Assembly: GCA_965250285.1 (NCBI GenBank)
Contig: OZ252299.1
Span: 1,248,001 to 1,312,000, forward strand
Origin: Myxococcota bacterium
Lineage (GTDB): Bacteria; Myxococcota_A; UBA9160; UBA4427
DNA length: 64,000 nt
Direction of reading: 5' to 3'
The notes beneath the pieces were generated by a model, which was not told the origin of the DNA, made no database searches, and saw only the letters and a list, made by a program, of their open reading frames with translations. Numbering within the stretch: position 1 is the first letter of the stretch; each line of letters begins with the position of its first letter. Made by a program: the position numbers and the translations under genes. Shown here in pieces: positions 18,350 to 27,473 of this stretch.

Positions 18350-19257
18350 TGGAGGCGCTGCTCGAAGCCTGTGTTCGGCTCGCGATTCCGCTGCTGCTCG
18401 CGGCGCTCGGCGAGCTTGTGATCGAGCGCTCTGGCGTGATCCACATCGGCGTCGAGGGCACGATGCTGGTGGGCGCCTTCGTCGGGTTCGCGGTCGGTGT
18501 CGGTGTGGCGTCGCCCGGCCTGGGGCTGGTCGCCGCCGCCTTCGCCGGCGTCGCCGTGGGGCTCGTGTTCGGCTTCTTCGTGCTCGTACGGCGCGCGGAT
18601 CAGATCGTGGTCGGCACCGCCGTCAACCTGCTCGCGCTCGGCTCGACCGGGCTCGCTGCGCGCGCGATCTGGCAGGGCGCGATCCCGACGGGTGAGACGC
18701 TCCCGACCTGGTCGCTGCCCGGCCTCTCGCAGCTGCCCTGGGTGGGGTCGGCCCTCTTCTCGATGGGGCCCCACGCCTGGCTCGCCTTCGTGCTCGCGCC
18801 GTCGATCGCCTGGTTTCTGGCGCGCACCCGCCCGGGCCTGCAGCTGCGGGCGGTGGGGGAGAGCGCCCGGTCGGCCGACGCCGAAGGCGTGTCGGTGATC
18901 GGCACCCGTCTCGCTGCCATCGTGTTCGGCACGGCGGTGATGGGTGTGGCCGGGGCGACGCTCTCGCTGTCGCTCAGCAACACGTTCACAGAGGGCATGA
19001 CCGCGGGCCGCGGCTTCATCGCACTGACGGTCGTGATCTTCGCGCGCTGGAGCCCGGTCGGCGCAGTCGGGGCCGCGCTCTTCTTCGGCGCGGCCGTCGC
19101 GGCCCAGGCGCGACTGCAGGCGATGGGGACCGCGATCCCGTATCAGCTGACGCTGATGCTGCCCTATGTCCTCACGCTGGTCGTGCTCGCGTTGGCCTCG
19201 CGCCGGTCGGCCGGGCCGGCCGACCTGGGCCAGGCCTTCTCTCGAAACGAGCAATGA
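18349..19257 (+). CDS. ABC transporter permease 2
   Basis: LLAALGE..ERSGV.IGVEG, GRGFIAL, LPYVLT; TGATG overlap. Confidence 0.92.
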   Translation: MEALLEACVRLAIPLLLAALGELVIERSGVIHIGVEGTMLVGAFVGFAVGVGVASPGLGLVAAAFAGVAVGLVFGFFVLVRRADQIVVGTAVNLLALGSTGLAARAIWQGAIPTGETLPTWSLPGLSQLPWVGSALFSMGPHAWLAFVLAPSIAWFLARTRPGLQLRAVGESARSADAEGVSVIGTRLAAIVFGTAVMGVAGATLSLSLSNTFTEGMTAGRGFIALTVVIFARWSPVGAVGAALFFGAAVAAQARLQAMGTAIPYQLTLMLPYVLTLVVLALASRRSAGPADLGQAFSRNEQ

Positions 19258-19334
19258 GTCGGCGGCGCGCCGGAGGCAAGACGATTCGCGTCGTCCGGTC
19301 CGGCTGAGGTACCCTTCCGAATGGGGGGAGTACC

Positions 19335-20240
19335 GTGAACCGACGTGGTGTGGATCGACGGGTCCGCGCGGCGAGGCCTCGTGCGGCCGGCGCGGCGAAT
19401 GGATGGGGGCGACCGATCGCGCTCGTATCGGCGATCGCGTTCACCTCGTCGTTCTTTCTCTCTCATGATCTCGGTGCGAAGCCGCATCGGCCCGATCGCT
19501 TCGATCGGGTCGTGATCGACGCCGGCCACGGGGGCGAGGACGACGGCGCCCGGGGTGCGCGCGGGCTGACCGAGAAAGAGGTGGTGCTCGACGTCTCGCA
19601 GCGCGTCGCCCGTGCGCTCGAGGCACGCGGCGTCGAGGTGTTGCTGACTCGCACGGACGACACCTTCATTCCGCTCGAAGAGCGCACGTCCCGGGCCAAC
19701 GACGCGCGGGCCGATCTCTTCGTCTCGATTCACGCCAACTCGGCCAAGCATGCGAAGCCGTCGGGCATCGAGACGTTCTTCGTCTCGCTCGACGCCACCG
19801 ACGAAGACGCCGCCGAGTTGGCGGCGCGTGAGAACGAGGCGTTTGGCGAGGCGGGACGCCGCGTGATCGTCGACGATCCGCTGACGCAGCTCATGGGCGA
19901 CATGATCACGAACGAGCACGTTCGCGAGTCGAGCGAGTTCGCGAAGATCGTGCAGCACGAGCTGGCCGGTCTCGACGGCGCCCGGTCGCGGGGCGTGAAG
20001 CAGGCGCCCTTCGTGGTGCTGATGGGCGTGCAGATGCCGGCTGCGCTCATCGAGGTCGGCTTCATTTCGAATCCCGAAGAAGAGAAGAAGCTCGGCCGCC
20101 GCGATCATCGCGATCGTCTCGCCGCCGCGATCGTCGAGGCGATCGGAGAGTTCGGCGAGCGCGCCGACGCGCGCCGCGGCGTCGATCACGAGTCGTCGCT
20201 GTTCCTGTCTTCTTCGGACGCGCGGTCGGCTCCACGCTGA
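19335..20240 (+). CDS. N-acetylmuramoyl-L-alanine amidase (Amidase_3)
   Basis: VVIDAGHGG, TEK, FVSIHANS, ALIEVGFISN. Confidence 0.92.
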   Translation: MNRRGVDRRVRAARPRAAGAANGWGRPIALVSAIAFTSSFFLSHDLGAKPHRPDRFDRVVIDAGHGGEDDGARGARGLTEKEVVLDVSQRVARALEARGVEVLLTRTDDTFIPLEERTSRANDARADLFVSIHANSAKHAKPSGIETFFVSLDATDEDAAELAARENEAFGEAGRRVIVDDPLTQLMGDMITNEHVRESSEFAKIVQHELAGLDGARSRGVKQAPFVVLMGVQMPAALIEVGFISNPEEEKKLGRRDHRDRLAAAIVEAIGEFGERADARRGVDHESSLFLSSSDARSAPR

Positions 20241-20354
20241 GCCTGGCCTCGGACCGGGTCGCGCGCGAAGCTGGCTTCTTTGGCTGGCTCACCCTTCGTC
20301 ATTCGCAGTAGTCTCCGCCCTCCGGCCGCTCGGGCCGGTTCGATCGGAGATCTC

Positions 20355-21113
20355 ATGTCGACCCCTCGCCGCGACGGCCGAGCCCACGATGAGCTGCGCC
20401 CGCTCGGGCTGACCCCCGACTTCATCGACAACCCGCTGGCCTCGGTGCTCTGCGAAATGGGCCGCACGCGCGTGCTCTGCAGCGTGAGCGACGAGCCCTC
20501 GGTCCCGCGCTGGCTGAAGGGCCGGGGCGAGGGCTGGGTGACGGCCGAGTACGCGATGCTGCCGGCCGCGACCGACACGCGCAACGAGCGCGAGTCGTCG
20601 AAGGGCAAGGTGTCTGGGCGCACCATGGAGATTCAACGTCTGATCGGTCGTAGCCTGCGCGCGGTGGTCGATCTGTCGGCGCTCGGCGAGCGCACGTTGA
20701 CGGTCGACTGTGACGTGCTCCAGGCCGACGGTGGGACGCGGACGGCCTCGATCACCGGGGCATTCACCGCGCTCGCGCTTGCCGTGTCGCGCCTGCGCGC
20801 CCGCGGTGACGTCGAACGACCGGTCTTGCGCGACAGTGTCGCCGCGATCTCGGTCGGCATCATCGACGACGAGGTGCGCCTCGATCTGCCCTACGAAGAG
20901 GATGGGCGTGCGCAGGTCGACATGAACGTCGTCGCGACGGGCAGCGGTCGGCTCGTCGAGATTCAGGGCACCGGCGAGGGGCATACGTTCTCGCGAGCTG
21001 AGCTCGACGCCCTGACCGATCTCGCGCTCGACGGGGTCGCGACGCTCACGGCGAAGCAGGCCGATGTGCTCGGCGATGCCATGCCCAAGCCGGCGAACAC
21101 GGACGCGTCGTGA
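20355..21113 (+). CDS. rph: Ribonuclease PH
   Basis: [44 protein letters not shown]. Confidence 0.97.
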   Translation: MSTPRRDGRAHDELRPLGLTPDFIDNPLASVLCEMGRTRVLCSVSDEPSVPRWLKGRGEGWVTAEYAMLPAATDTRNERESSKGKVSGRTMEIQRLIGRSLRAVVDLSALGERTLTVDCDVLQADGGTRTASITGAFTALALAVSRLRARGDVERPVLRDSVAAISVGIIDDEVRLDLPYEEDGRAQVDMNVVATGSGRLVEIQGTGEGHTFSRAELDALTDLALDGVATLTAKQADVLGDAMPKPANTDAS

Positions 21114-21709
21114 CACCGCGGCTCATCGTCTCGACCGGCAACCCCGGCAAGCTGCGCGAGTTCATCGAGATCCTCGGGCTCGAAGCCGGTGCGCTCGGCA
21201 CGCTGCGCGACGTGCCCGAAGTGGTTCTGCCCGAGGAGGGCGCGGAGTATCTGCCGAACGCCATCGCCAAGGCGCGCGCGGTGGCCGACCAGGCCGGGCT
21301 CCCGGCCATCGCGGATGACTCTGGGCTCGAGGTCGACGTGCTGGACGGCGCGCCCGGGCCACTGAGCGCCCGGTATGGCGGGCCGGGCCTCGACGACGCG
21401 GGGCGCGTCGCCCATCTGCTCGCCGAGATGGCCGCGCGGGGGGGTACACCTCGCGGTGCTCGCTTCGTCTGCATCGCCGCGCTGGCGATCCCGGGCGGCG
21501 AGACGCACACGGCGACCGGCGTCTGCGAGGGCGAGATCCTCGATGCACCGACCGGGGTCGGTGGCTTCGGCTACGACCCCGTCTTTCGGCCGACCGGCCA
21601 CGCCGTCTCGATGGCCGAGCTGCCCGGCGGCGTGAAGAACCGCATCTCGCATCGCGGTCGAGCGTTGGCCGAGCTGGCGAATGCGGTGGCCGCGGTGGTC
21701 GGGGCCTGA
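21110..21709 (+). CDS. rdgB: Non-canonical purine NTP pyrophosphatase (RdgB/HAM1)
   Basis: [28 protein letters not shown]; follows rph. Confidence 0.95.
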   Translation: MTPRLIVSTGNPGKLREFIEILGLEAGALGTLRDVPEVVLPEEGAEYLPNAIAKARAVADQAGLPAIADDSGLEVDVLDGAPGPLSARYGGPGLDDAGRVAHLLAEMAARGGTPRGARFVCIAALAIPGGETHTATGVCEGEILDAPTGVGGFGYDPVFRPTGHAVSMAELPGGVKNRISHRGRALAELANAVAAVVGA

Positions 21710-21810
21710 GACCCGAAGCGGCTCGCCATCTCGCATCGCGGTCGAGCGTTGGCCGAGCTGGCGAATGCGGTGGCCGCGGTGGTCGGGGCCTGAGACCCGA
21801 AGCGGCTCGC
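21643..21810 (+). repeat. Exact 84-bp tandem duplication spanning the rdgB 3' end and stop codon
   Basis: 21643-21726 is identical to 21727-21810. Confidence 0.95.
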
Positions 21811-21827
21811 CCGCCAAAGGAGCGGTG

Positions 21828-22103
21828 ATGCGCGCCCTGCCGGATGGGGTCTCGAGCTACAAGCGCACGCCCGAGTTCGAGGCGTCGACGGTGCCCGCCG
21901 GACTGCTGCGTTCGCACCGGACGAAGGCCGGCGTCTGGGGCGTGATCCATGTGCTCGAGGGCGAGCTCGTGTACCGCATCCTCGAGCCTTCGGTCGAAGA
22001 ACACGTGCTGCGACAGGGCTTCGAGGGCGTCGTCGAGCCCGAGGTGCCGCACCAGGTCGAGCCCCGGCCCGGCGTACGGTTCTACGTGGAGTTTCGTCGC
22101 TAG
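21828..22103 (+). CDS. DUF1971/TehB-N (YeaR-like) cupin protein
   Basis: YKRTPEF, HRTKAGVWG, VEPEVPHQV; AAGGAG RBS. Confidence 0.85.
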   Translation: MRALPDGVSSYKRTPEFEASTVPAGLLRSHRTKAGVWGVIHVLEGELVYRILEPSVEEHVLRQGFEGVVEPEVPHQVEPRPGVRFYVEFRR

Positions 22104-22115
22104 GCGTCTCGGCCG

Positions 22116-22844
22116 CTAGACGTTCAGCTCGGCGTAGCGGCTGGTGATGAACTCACGCAGCCGCTTGGTGTCGTCGCTGTTCATCTCGTCGAAGCGCAGA
22201 CCCATGCCGAGCGGAAGGTTCGGGCGCTGCAGATTGCCCGGAACGTTCGAGAAGAGGACCTGGCCCGAAGTCTCGATCGCCGCGCCGGGCAGCCGCAGCT
22301 CGAGCTGGATCTGCGCGCCCTCCATGCTGGCGCGCTGGGTCTCGAGGAACGCGCCGCCTTCGGACAGGCTGTACACCACGGCGTCCTTCGTGCGGCCGCC
22401 GACGAAGACCCGGGCCAGCAGATACGTCGGTACGCGCAGCGTGCGCCGCTTGTGATGGTCGCGGTCGCCGCCGAGCGCGCGGTTCAGCTGAAAGCGCAGG
22501 GTGCCTTCGTCATAGGGCTCCCAGAGTGCGAGCTTCAGCCCGGCCGACTTGAGCTCCTTGCGCTGGCTGGGTGTCGGGTGCCGACCGACCGAGACGAGCA
22601 TCACCTCGCTCTGCGACGTGGCGTTGCTGAGCTTCTTCAGGGCCTTCTTCAGCTTGTCGTGGTGGAAGTCGGTCGGGATCATCACGACGCAGAACGGCTG
22701 ACGGGTCGCGGCGACGAGCGCCTCGGCGCTCTCGATGTTCGCGACCCGGGCCGGCTCGACGTCGAACGAGCGAAGCCGCTCCGCGAGGGTGGTGATCCCC
22801 CCGTCGGAGCCCTCGATCAGGATGATCTGGGGGCGCTCGTCCAT
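22116..22844 (-). CDS. PilZ-domain protein with degenerate receiver-like N-terminus
   Basis: KRRTLR (RxxxR), SLSEGGAFL, GMGLRF. Confidence 0.8.
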   Translation of the reverse strand: MDERPQIILIEGSDGGITTLAERLRSFDVEPARVANIESAEALVAATRQPFCVVMIPTDFHHDKLKKALKKLSNATSQSEVMLVSVGRHPTPSQRKELKSAGLKLALWEPYDEGTLRFQLNRALGGDRDHHKRRTLRVPTYLLARVFVGGRTKDAVVYSLSEGGAFLETQRASMEGAQIQLELRLPGAAIETSGQVLFSNVPGNLQRPNLPLGMGLRFDEMNSDDTKRLREFITSRYAELNV

Positions 22845-22941
22845 GGCGGGCGGATCGGGTGGCCCAGCCCGATTCTTGAGGGATGCGGCTGATTGGGGCC
22901 AGCGCCCCTTCGAATGGGGGGGCTCCGCGACCGAGTCGACG

Positions 22942-23238
22942 TCAGGTCGGAGGCGCGAAGATGCGCTGCATCGTCTCGTAGGGTGTCGGTACGTTCGGAT
23001 CGAAGCGGCGCAGGCGCCGCCGCAGGCGCTCGAGGCGCTTCGGGGTGAGCTCGAGGTCTTCGCTCAGGAGGAACGCGCCGAGTCGCTCGTCGAGATACCG
23101 ACGCAGCTGGTGGGCGGCCAGGGCGTCGGGGTCGTAGCCGGCCTCCTGCAAGCTGATCCACAGCGCATAGCGGGGCACGAGCCTTCCGATCTCGACGGAA
23201 AGTTCGGCATGCAGATGATCGAAGCAGCGACGCCGCAC
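22942..23238 (-). CDS. Hypothetical protein
   Basis: GGAGG RBS before GTG; globular-looking 98 aa downstream of the ECF sigma gene. Confidence 0.6.
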   Translation of the reverse strand: MRRRCFDHLHAELSVEIGRLVPRYALWISLQEAGYDPDALAAHQLRRYLDERLGAFLLSEDLELTPKRLERLRRRLRRFDPNVPTPYETMQRIFAPPT

Positions 23239-23374
23239 ACGGGCCTCCGGCCCCCCGCTCGAACGTGGGATGGCGACCCCGCTTGTGTCAGAGCGATTCG
23301 ACAGTGTGCGTCCCGGTCGCGCGCGTTCGGTGCCGTGCCGATGCCGGCGCAGCGACGGCTGTCGGGGCGTCGCC

Positions 23375-23452
23375 CAGTCTTCTCGCAGCCAGGTCTCGAG
23401 ATACTGCCGTGCTCAGTCGTGTCGCAGCCAGGTCTTGAGACGCTGCCGGGCG
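23375..23452. repeat. Diverged 39-bp tandem duplication of the ECF sigma 3' end
   Basis: 23375-23413 vs 23414-23452, 32/39 identical by hand count. Confidence 0.8.
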
Positions 23453-24054
23453 CGGAACGCGCGGCTCTTGGCGGCCGCCGATCCGATGCCGGCGCGGCTG
23501 GCGTAGGCGTCGTAGCTCTCGCCGGCGAGCGCACAGTGCTCGAGCACGTCGCGCTCGGGTTCGGGCAGGGCGGCGATGCCCGCCCGCAGTCGCCCGATGC
23601 GTTCACCTTCGAAGAGCGCGCGCGAAGGGTCGGCGTCGGGGTCGGCCTGGCGCTCGGGCTCGAAGCCGCTCTCGGCAGCGAGCTCGACGCGGCGACGACG
23701 TCGCGCCTCGCTGCGCAGCCACATCAGCCCCTCGTTCACGACGATCCGGTGAAGCCAGGTCGAGAAGCGCGCGCGGCCATCGAACGTGGCCACACCGCGC
23801 ACGGCCTTCTCGAACGCGCTCTGGACGACGTCTTCAGCGGCATCGGGGTTGCGCACCACACGGCGTGCGACCGCGATCATGCGCGGGCGAAGCGACGCGA
23901 GGGTCTCGTCGAGCCGCGACGGGTCGAACGCGGTCGGGCGCGGGGCCGGTTGGGGCTTTGCACGCACGAGGCGGTCGCGCCGTCGCGGCGCCGTGGCGGA
24001 TTCGGGAACCACGTCGAGTCGGGGCAGGTCGGGCGTCGAGTGCATCACATTCAT
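23413..24054 (-). CDS. ECF sigma factor
   Basis: AEDVVQSAF, FSTWLHRIVVN, region 4 AAKSRAFRAR. Confidence 0.9.
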   Translation of the reverse strand: MNVMHSTPDLPRLDVVPESATAPRRRDRLVRAKPQPAPRPTAFDPSRLDETLASLRPRMIAVARRVVRNPDAAEDVVQSAFEKAVRGVATFDGRARFSTWLHRIVVNEGLMWLRSEARRRRRVELAAESGFEPERQADPDADPSRALFEGERIGRLRAGIAALPEPERDVLEHCALAGESYDAYASRAGIGSAAAKSRAFRARQRLKTWLRHD

Positions 24055-24063
24055 CGACCAGCA

Positions 24064-24089
24064 CTACGGCCGCCGGCCGATCCGGTTAC
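24064..24089 (-). promoter_or_regulatory. ECF-type promoter GTAACC-N15-CGTAG
   Basis: Minus strand GTAACC (24089-24084), 15 nt, CGTAG (24068-24064), 9 nt before ATG 24054. Confidence 0.75.
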
Positions 24090-24197
24090 GTCGGCGACGC
24101 CATTCGACCTGAATCCGGTGCGTCGCGAGCGGCGCGAGGCCGTCTCGGCCCGCACACGTGCGATGCGGAGTGGGGTGCGCAACGGGCCGAATCCGCC

Positions 24198-24223
24198 GTA
24201 ACCTCGCAGGGCGAACCGCGTAG
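24198..24223 (+). promoter_or_regulatory. ECF-type promoter GTAACC-N15-CGTAG
   Basis: GTAACC 24198-24203, CGTAG 24219-24223, 7 nt before ATG 24231. Confidence 0.75.
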
Positions 24224-24230
24224 AACGAGG

Positions 24231-24848
24231 ATGGTGATGGCCGAGGTCGCCGACGGGGTCCAGGGGAACGCCCGCGAGGATGCCCGACGTGCAGAGCGTG
24301 AGGCCGAAGACGCGCGCTGGAGCGCGTGGATGGCCGCCGCCCAGGACGGCGACGGCGACGCCTACCGGCGGCTGCTCGAAGAGCTGCTGCCGGCCCTGCG
24401 ACGCATGGTGCGCGCACGGGTGTACGACCAGGAGAGCGCCGAAGACGTGGTTCAGAACACCCTGCTCTCGATCCACCGCGCCCGCCATACATACCGGCCC
24501 GAACGTTCCTTCGGGCCGTGGATGCGGGCCATCGCGCGCAACGCGATGATCGACTCGTTCCGCGAGAGCGGCCGGCGCGGTGAGCGCGAGGTCGGCGTCG
24601 ACTGGATCGACGACGTGCCCGCCGAGCCGCCGTCGTCGCGCACGAGCGAAGGGCTCGACCCGCGTCTGCAGGCCGCGCTCGAGCGCCTGCCCGACAAGCA
24701 GCGGCAGGCGGTCGAGATGATCCAGCTGCGCGAGCTCTCCGTGGCCGAGGCCGCGCTCGAGGCCGGGGTGTCGCCCGGTGCGCTCAAGGTGCGGGCTCAC
24801 CGGGGCTACCGCGCGCTGCGTCGCATGCTCGGGGGGGAAGGCTCATGA
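24231..24848 (+). CDS. ECF sigma factor (SigF/ECF16-like)
   Basis: MAAAQDGDGDAYRRLL, EDVVQNTLLSIHRARHTY, PWMRAIAR, ALKVRAHRG; followed by an NrsF-like gene. Confidence 0.9.
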   Translation: MVMAEVADGVQGNAREDARRAEREAEDARWSAWMAAAQDGDGDAYRRLLEELLPALRRMVRARVYDQESAEDVVQNTLLSIHRARHTYRPERSFGPWMRAIARNAMIDSFRESGRRGEREVGVDWIDDVPAEPPSSRTSEGLDPRLQAALERLPDKQRQAVEMIQLRELSVAEAALEAGVSPGALKVRAHRGYRALRRMLGGEGS

Positions 24849-24924
24849 GCGCGCACGACGCGAACAGACGCCCCACGACGAGCGCTCAGGGGGCCGCGCA
24901 TCGCATGTGCGGGGGAGGTGGCTC

Positions 24925-25593
24925 GTGAGTGCGCCGGGTTCCGAACAGCACGACGCGACCGATCGCCTGCTCGATGCCCTCATCGACGACGCCGAGCCTG
25001 TCGAGCGGATCTATCCGATCGGCCGCGTGGCCGCCGGCGTGCTGGCGATCTACGTCGTGTGGTGGGGCGTCAGCGTCTGGATGATGGGCGGGATGCGCGA
25101 CGCCGCGAGCTTCGCCGAGGTGGTGGCCGATGGCTTCTTCGTCGGCCTCGTATCGAGCGTCGCGGGTGCGACCGGCGCAGCCCTCGCGTCACGCGAGCCC
25201 GGCCGGGAGCGCATGGCGCAAGGGGCCCTGGGGCTCGCGCTCGTGGGCGTCGCCGCGATGCTTGCGACCTTCCTCGTGCGGGTGGGCGACACGACCGACA
25301 CGTTCTCGACGAGCATGAGCGCGCACTGTCTGCTGAACGCGGCCCTGCTCGGGGGCCTGCCGGCCGGGGTGCTGCTCGTCGTGGCGCTCGGCGGCTGGCG
25401 CGGGCGGCCGGTGATGACCTCGCTCACGGCCGCGACCAGCGGGGCGGCGCTCGGGGCGATTGCCGTACACATGACGTGTCCGGCCCAGGGCGCCTGGCAC
25501 ATCCTGCTGGGCCACTACGTGCTGCCGCTCGGCGCCGCGCTCGCCGTCGGCGGTGCGGGCGCCTTCGTGTGGCGGTGGTGGACGAACCGCTGA
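24925..25593 (+). CDS. NrsF/DUF1109-like membrane anti-sigma factor
   Basis: TDRLLDAL..DAEPV N-terminus, about 6 TM segments, HCL and MTCP cysteines, GHY. Confidence 0.75.
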   Translation: MSAPGSEQHDATDRLLDALIDDAEPVERIYPIGRVAAGVLAIYVVWWGVSVWMMGGMRDAASFAEVVADGFFVGLVSSVAGATGAALASREPGRERMAQGALGLALVGVAAMLATFLVRVGDTTDTFSTSMSAHCLLNAALLGGLPAGVLLVVALGGWRGRPVMTSLTAATSGAALGAIAVHMTCPAQGAWHILLGHYVLPLGAALAVGGAGAFVWRWWTNR

Positions 25594-25662
25594 GTCGAGG
25601 CGCACTCGGGCGCGATCGGCGGCATCGCTGATCGAGATGGGCCGAGCTAATCTGCGCCGCCG

Positions 25663-26253
25663 ATGTCCGACCACAGCGGCGAATTGATCCTCATTCGACA
25701 TGCCCAGAGCGAGTGGAACGCGGCCGGCCGCTGGCAGGGTCACGCCGATCCGCCGCTGTCGGCGCTCGGCGAGGAACAGGCGCTCAAGCTGGCGGCCGAG
25801 CTCGCCGGCGAGCGGGCCGACCGGCTCTTCGCGAGCGATCTGCGCCGCGCGCTGCAGACCGCAGAGCCGATCGGCGCGCGGTTCGATCTCGCGATCACGA
25901 TCGAGGACGCCTTTCGCGAGCTCGACGTCGGGCGTTGGTCGGGGCTCACGCGCGAAGAGATCCATGCGCGCGAGCCCGAGCTGCTCGCCGAGTTCGAGAC
26001 CGGCGATCCGCACATCCGGCCGGGCAGCGGCGAGACCCGGGCCGAGCTGCGGCAGCGGGCGCGCGATCGCATGGCGCTGATGGCAGCCGAGCACCCCGGC
26101 GAGCGCATCATCATCGTGACCCACCTCGGCTTCATCCGCGCGCTGCTCCCCGAGGCCGAGCCTGAGAATGCGAGTGCGCTGCGGGTGAGCATGGAGCGGG
26201 CGCTCACGGCCCGCGACCCGGGCGTCGCCGCGGAGCAGGTCGGGCCGCTCTGA
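25663..26253 (+). CDS. Histidine phosphatase family protein
   Basis: LIRHAQSEWN..GRWQG, SDLRRA, VTHLG. Confidence 0.9.
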   Translation: MSDHSGELILIRHAQSEWNAAGRWQGHADPPLSALGEEQALKLAAELAGERADRLFASDLRRALQTAEPIGARFDLAITIEDAFRELDVGRWSGLTREEIHAREPELLAEFETGDPHIRPGSGETRAELRQRARDRMALMAAEHPGERIIIVTHLGFIRALLPEAEPENASALRVSMERALTARDPGVAAEQVGPL

Positions 26254-26289
26254 CCCGTCCAACCATCGCCCATCGAGGCGGCCTCTCGC

Positions 26290-27000
26290 TCAGAGGTGAG
26301 CCAGCCCGACCAGTCGACCGATCGCAGCCGTCACGGCCATCGCGAGGGCGCCCCAGAAGACGACGCGCACCGTGGCGCGTGCCGGTGCGGCCCCGCCCGT
26401 GCGGGCCGAAGCGAAGCCGAGCACGACGAGCATGCCGAGCGCAACGCCCGTGACCCCAGGCATGAGCCAGGTCGGCGGCAGCGCCACGGTCGTGAGGACC
26501 GGGAGGAGCCCGCCGACGCTGAAGGTCAGCGCCGATACGAGCGCCGCGGCGACGGGCCGGGCTGCCGTCACCTCGGTGAGTCCGATCTCGTCGCGTGCAT
26601 GGGCGTCGAGCGCATCGCGTGCCATCAGCTGTCGCGCGACGAGGCGCGCGACGTCGGGGTCCACTCCCCGGTGCTCATAGATCGTTGCCAGCTCGTCGAG
26701 CTCGGCATGGGGATGCGCATCGAGCTCGGCCCGCTCCCAGTCGAGGTCGGCCTTCACCGAGTCGCGCTGGGCCGAGACCGAGACGTACTCGCCCGCCGCC
26801 ATCGACATGGCCCCGGCGATGACCGCCGCGATGCCGGCGGTGAGAATGGCATCGATGCCCGCGCCCGCGGCGGCGACGCCGACCAGCAGACTCGCCGTCG
26901 AGATGATGCCGTCGTTCGCGCCCATGACGGCGGCGCGCAGCCAGCCGAGCTTGAACGCGTGGTGATCCTCGGGCAGGTGGCGATGCGCCGGTGAGCTCAG
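26290..27000 (-). CDS. VIT1/CCC1 Fe/Mn transporter family protein (probable CTG start)
   Basis: LGWLRAAVMGANDGIISTASL, AMSMAAGEYVSVS. The conserved N-terminus extends upstream of the ATG at 26925. Confidence 0.88.
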   Translation of the reverse strand: MSSPAHRHLPEDHHAFKLGWLRAAVMGANDGIISTASLLVGVAAAGAGIDAILTAGIAAVIAGAMSMAAGEYVSVSAQRDSVKADLDWERAELDAHPHAELDELATIYEHRGVDPDVARLVARQLMARDALDAHARDEIGLTEVTAARPVAAALVSALTFSVGGLLPVLTTVALPPTWLMPGVTGVALGMLVVLGFASARTGGAAPARATVRVVFWGALAMAVTAAIGRLVGLAHL

Positions 27001-27012
27001 GGTGGGTCTCCC

Positions 27013-27462
27013 TCAGTCGTGATCGCCGCCGTGTGTCTCTTCGCCGAACGTCGCGATCAGTCCGGCCAGGAGCGCGGCCCGCTCCTCCCCCTCGAGGTCG
27101 GCCTCGGGGTGGGCGAGCAGATAGAGGATCGGGGGCATCTCGCCCTCGCGCAGCATCTCGGCGGCCTCGTCGGCATCCTGCTTGCCCTGGCCCCATCGCG
27201 AGACGTTGAAGTGCGATCGCGCCTCGTCGACGTCGTGCTGCATGAGCCAGGAGACCGGAGCCACGTTCGCGTACGCGGGCCACACGGTTTCGTTGCTGTG
27301 GCAGTCGCCGCAGGCGCGCATGAACAGCGCGCGCGTCTCGGGCGCGTTCCACTCGGGCTCGGCGACGACCGCGGGATTCTCATGGTCGCGGCCGTACGGA
27401 ACGAGCTGGATCGCGATGAAGCCGGCGAGGGCGGCGAGGGCGATCTGGGTGGGCCGGGCCAT
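27013..27462 (-). CDS. Haem-binding domain (Haem_bd) cytochrome c-like protein
   Basis: IQLVPYG, ACGDCHSNET.WP.Y..VAP.SW, EMPP..Y...HP. Confidence 0.85.
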   Translation of the reverse strand: MARPTQIALAALAGFIAIQLVPYGRDHENPAVVAEPEWNAPETRALFMRACGDCHSNETVWPAYANVAPVSWLMQHDVDEARSHFNVSRWGQGKQDADEAAEMLREGEMPPILYLLAHPEADLEGEERAALLAGLIATFGEETHGGDHD

Positions 27463-27473
27463 TCGATCCCCCT

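Noticed and set aside
21643..21810. CRISPR array
   Set aside because: Two abutting copies, no spacers and no cas genes.
27013..27015. Selenocysteine/readthrough fusion of the haem protein and VIT1 at the in-frame TGA
   Set aside because: No redox motif or SECIS-like hairpin; an RBS plus CTG explains it more simply.
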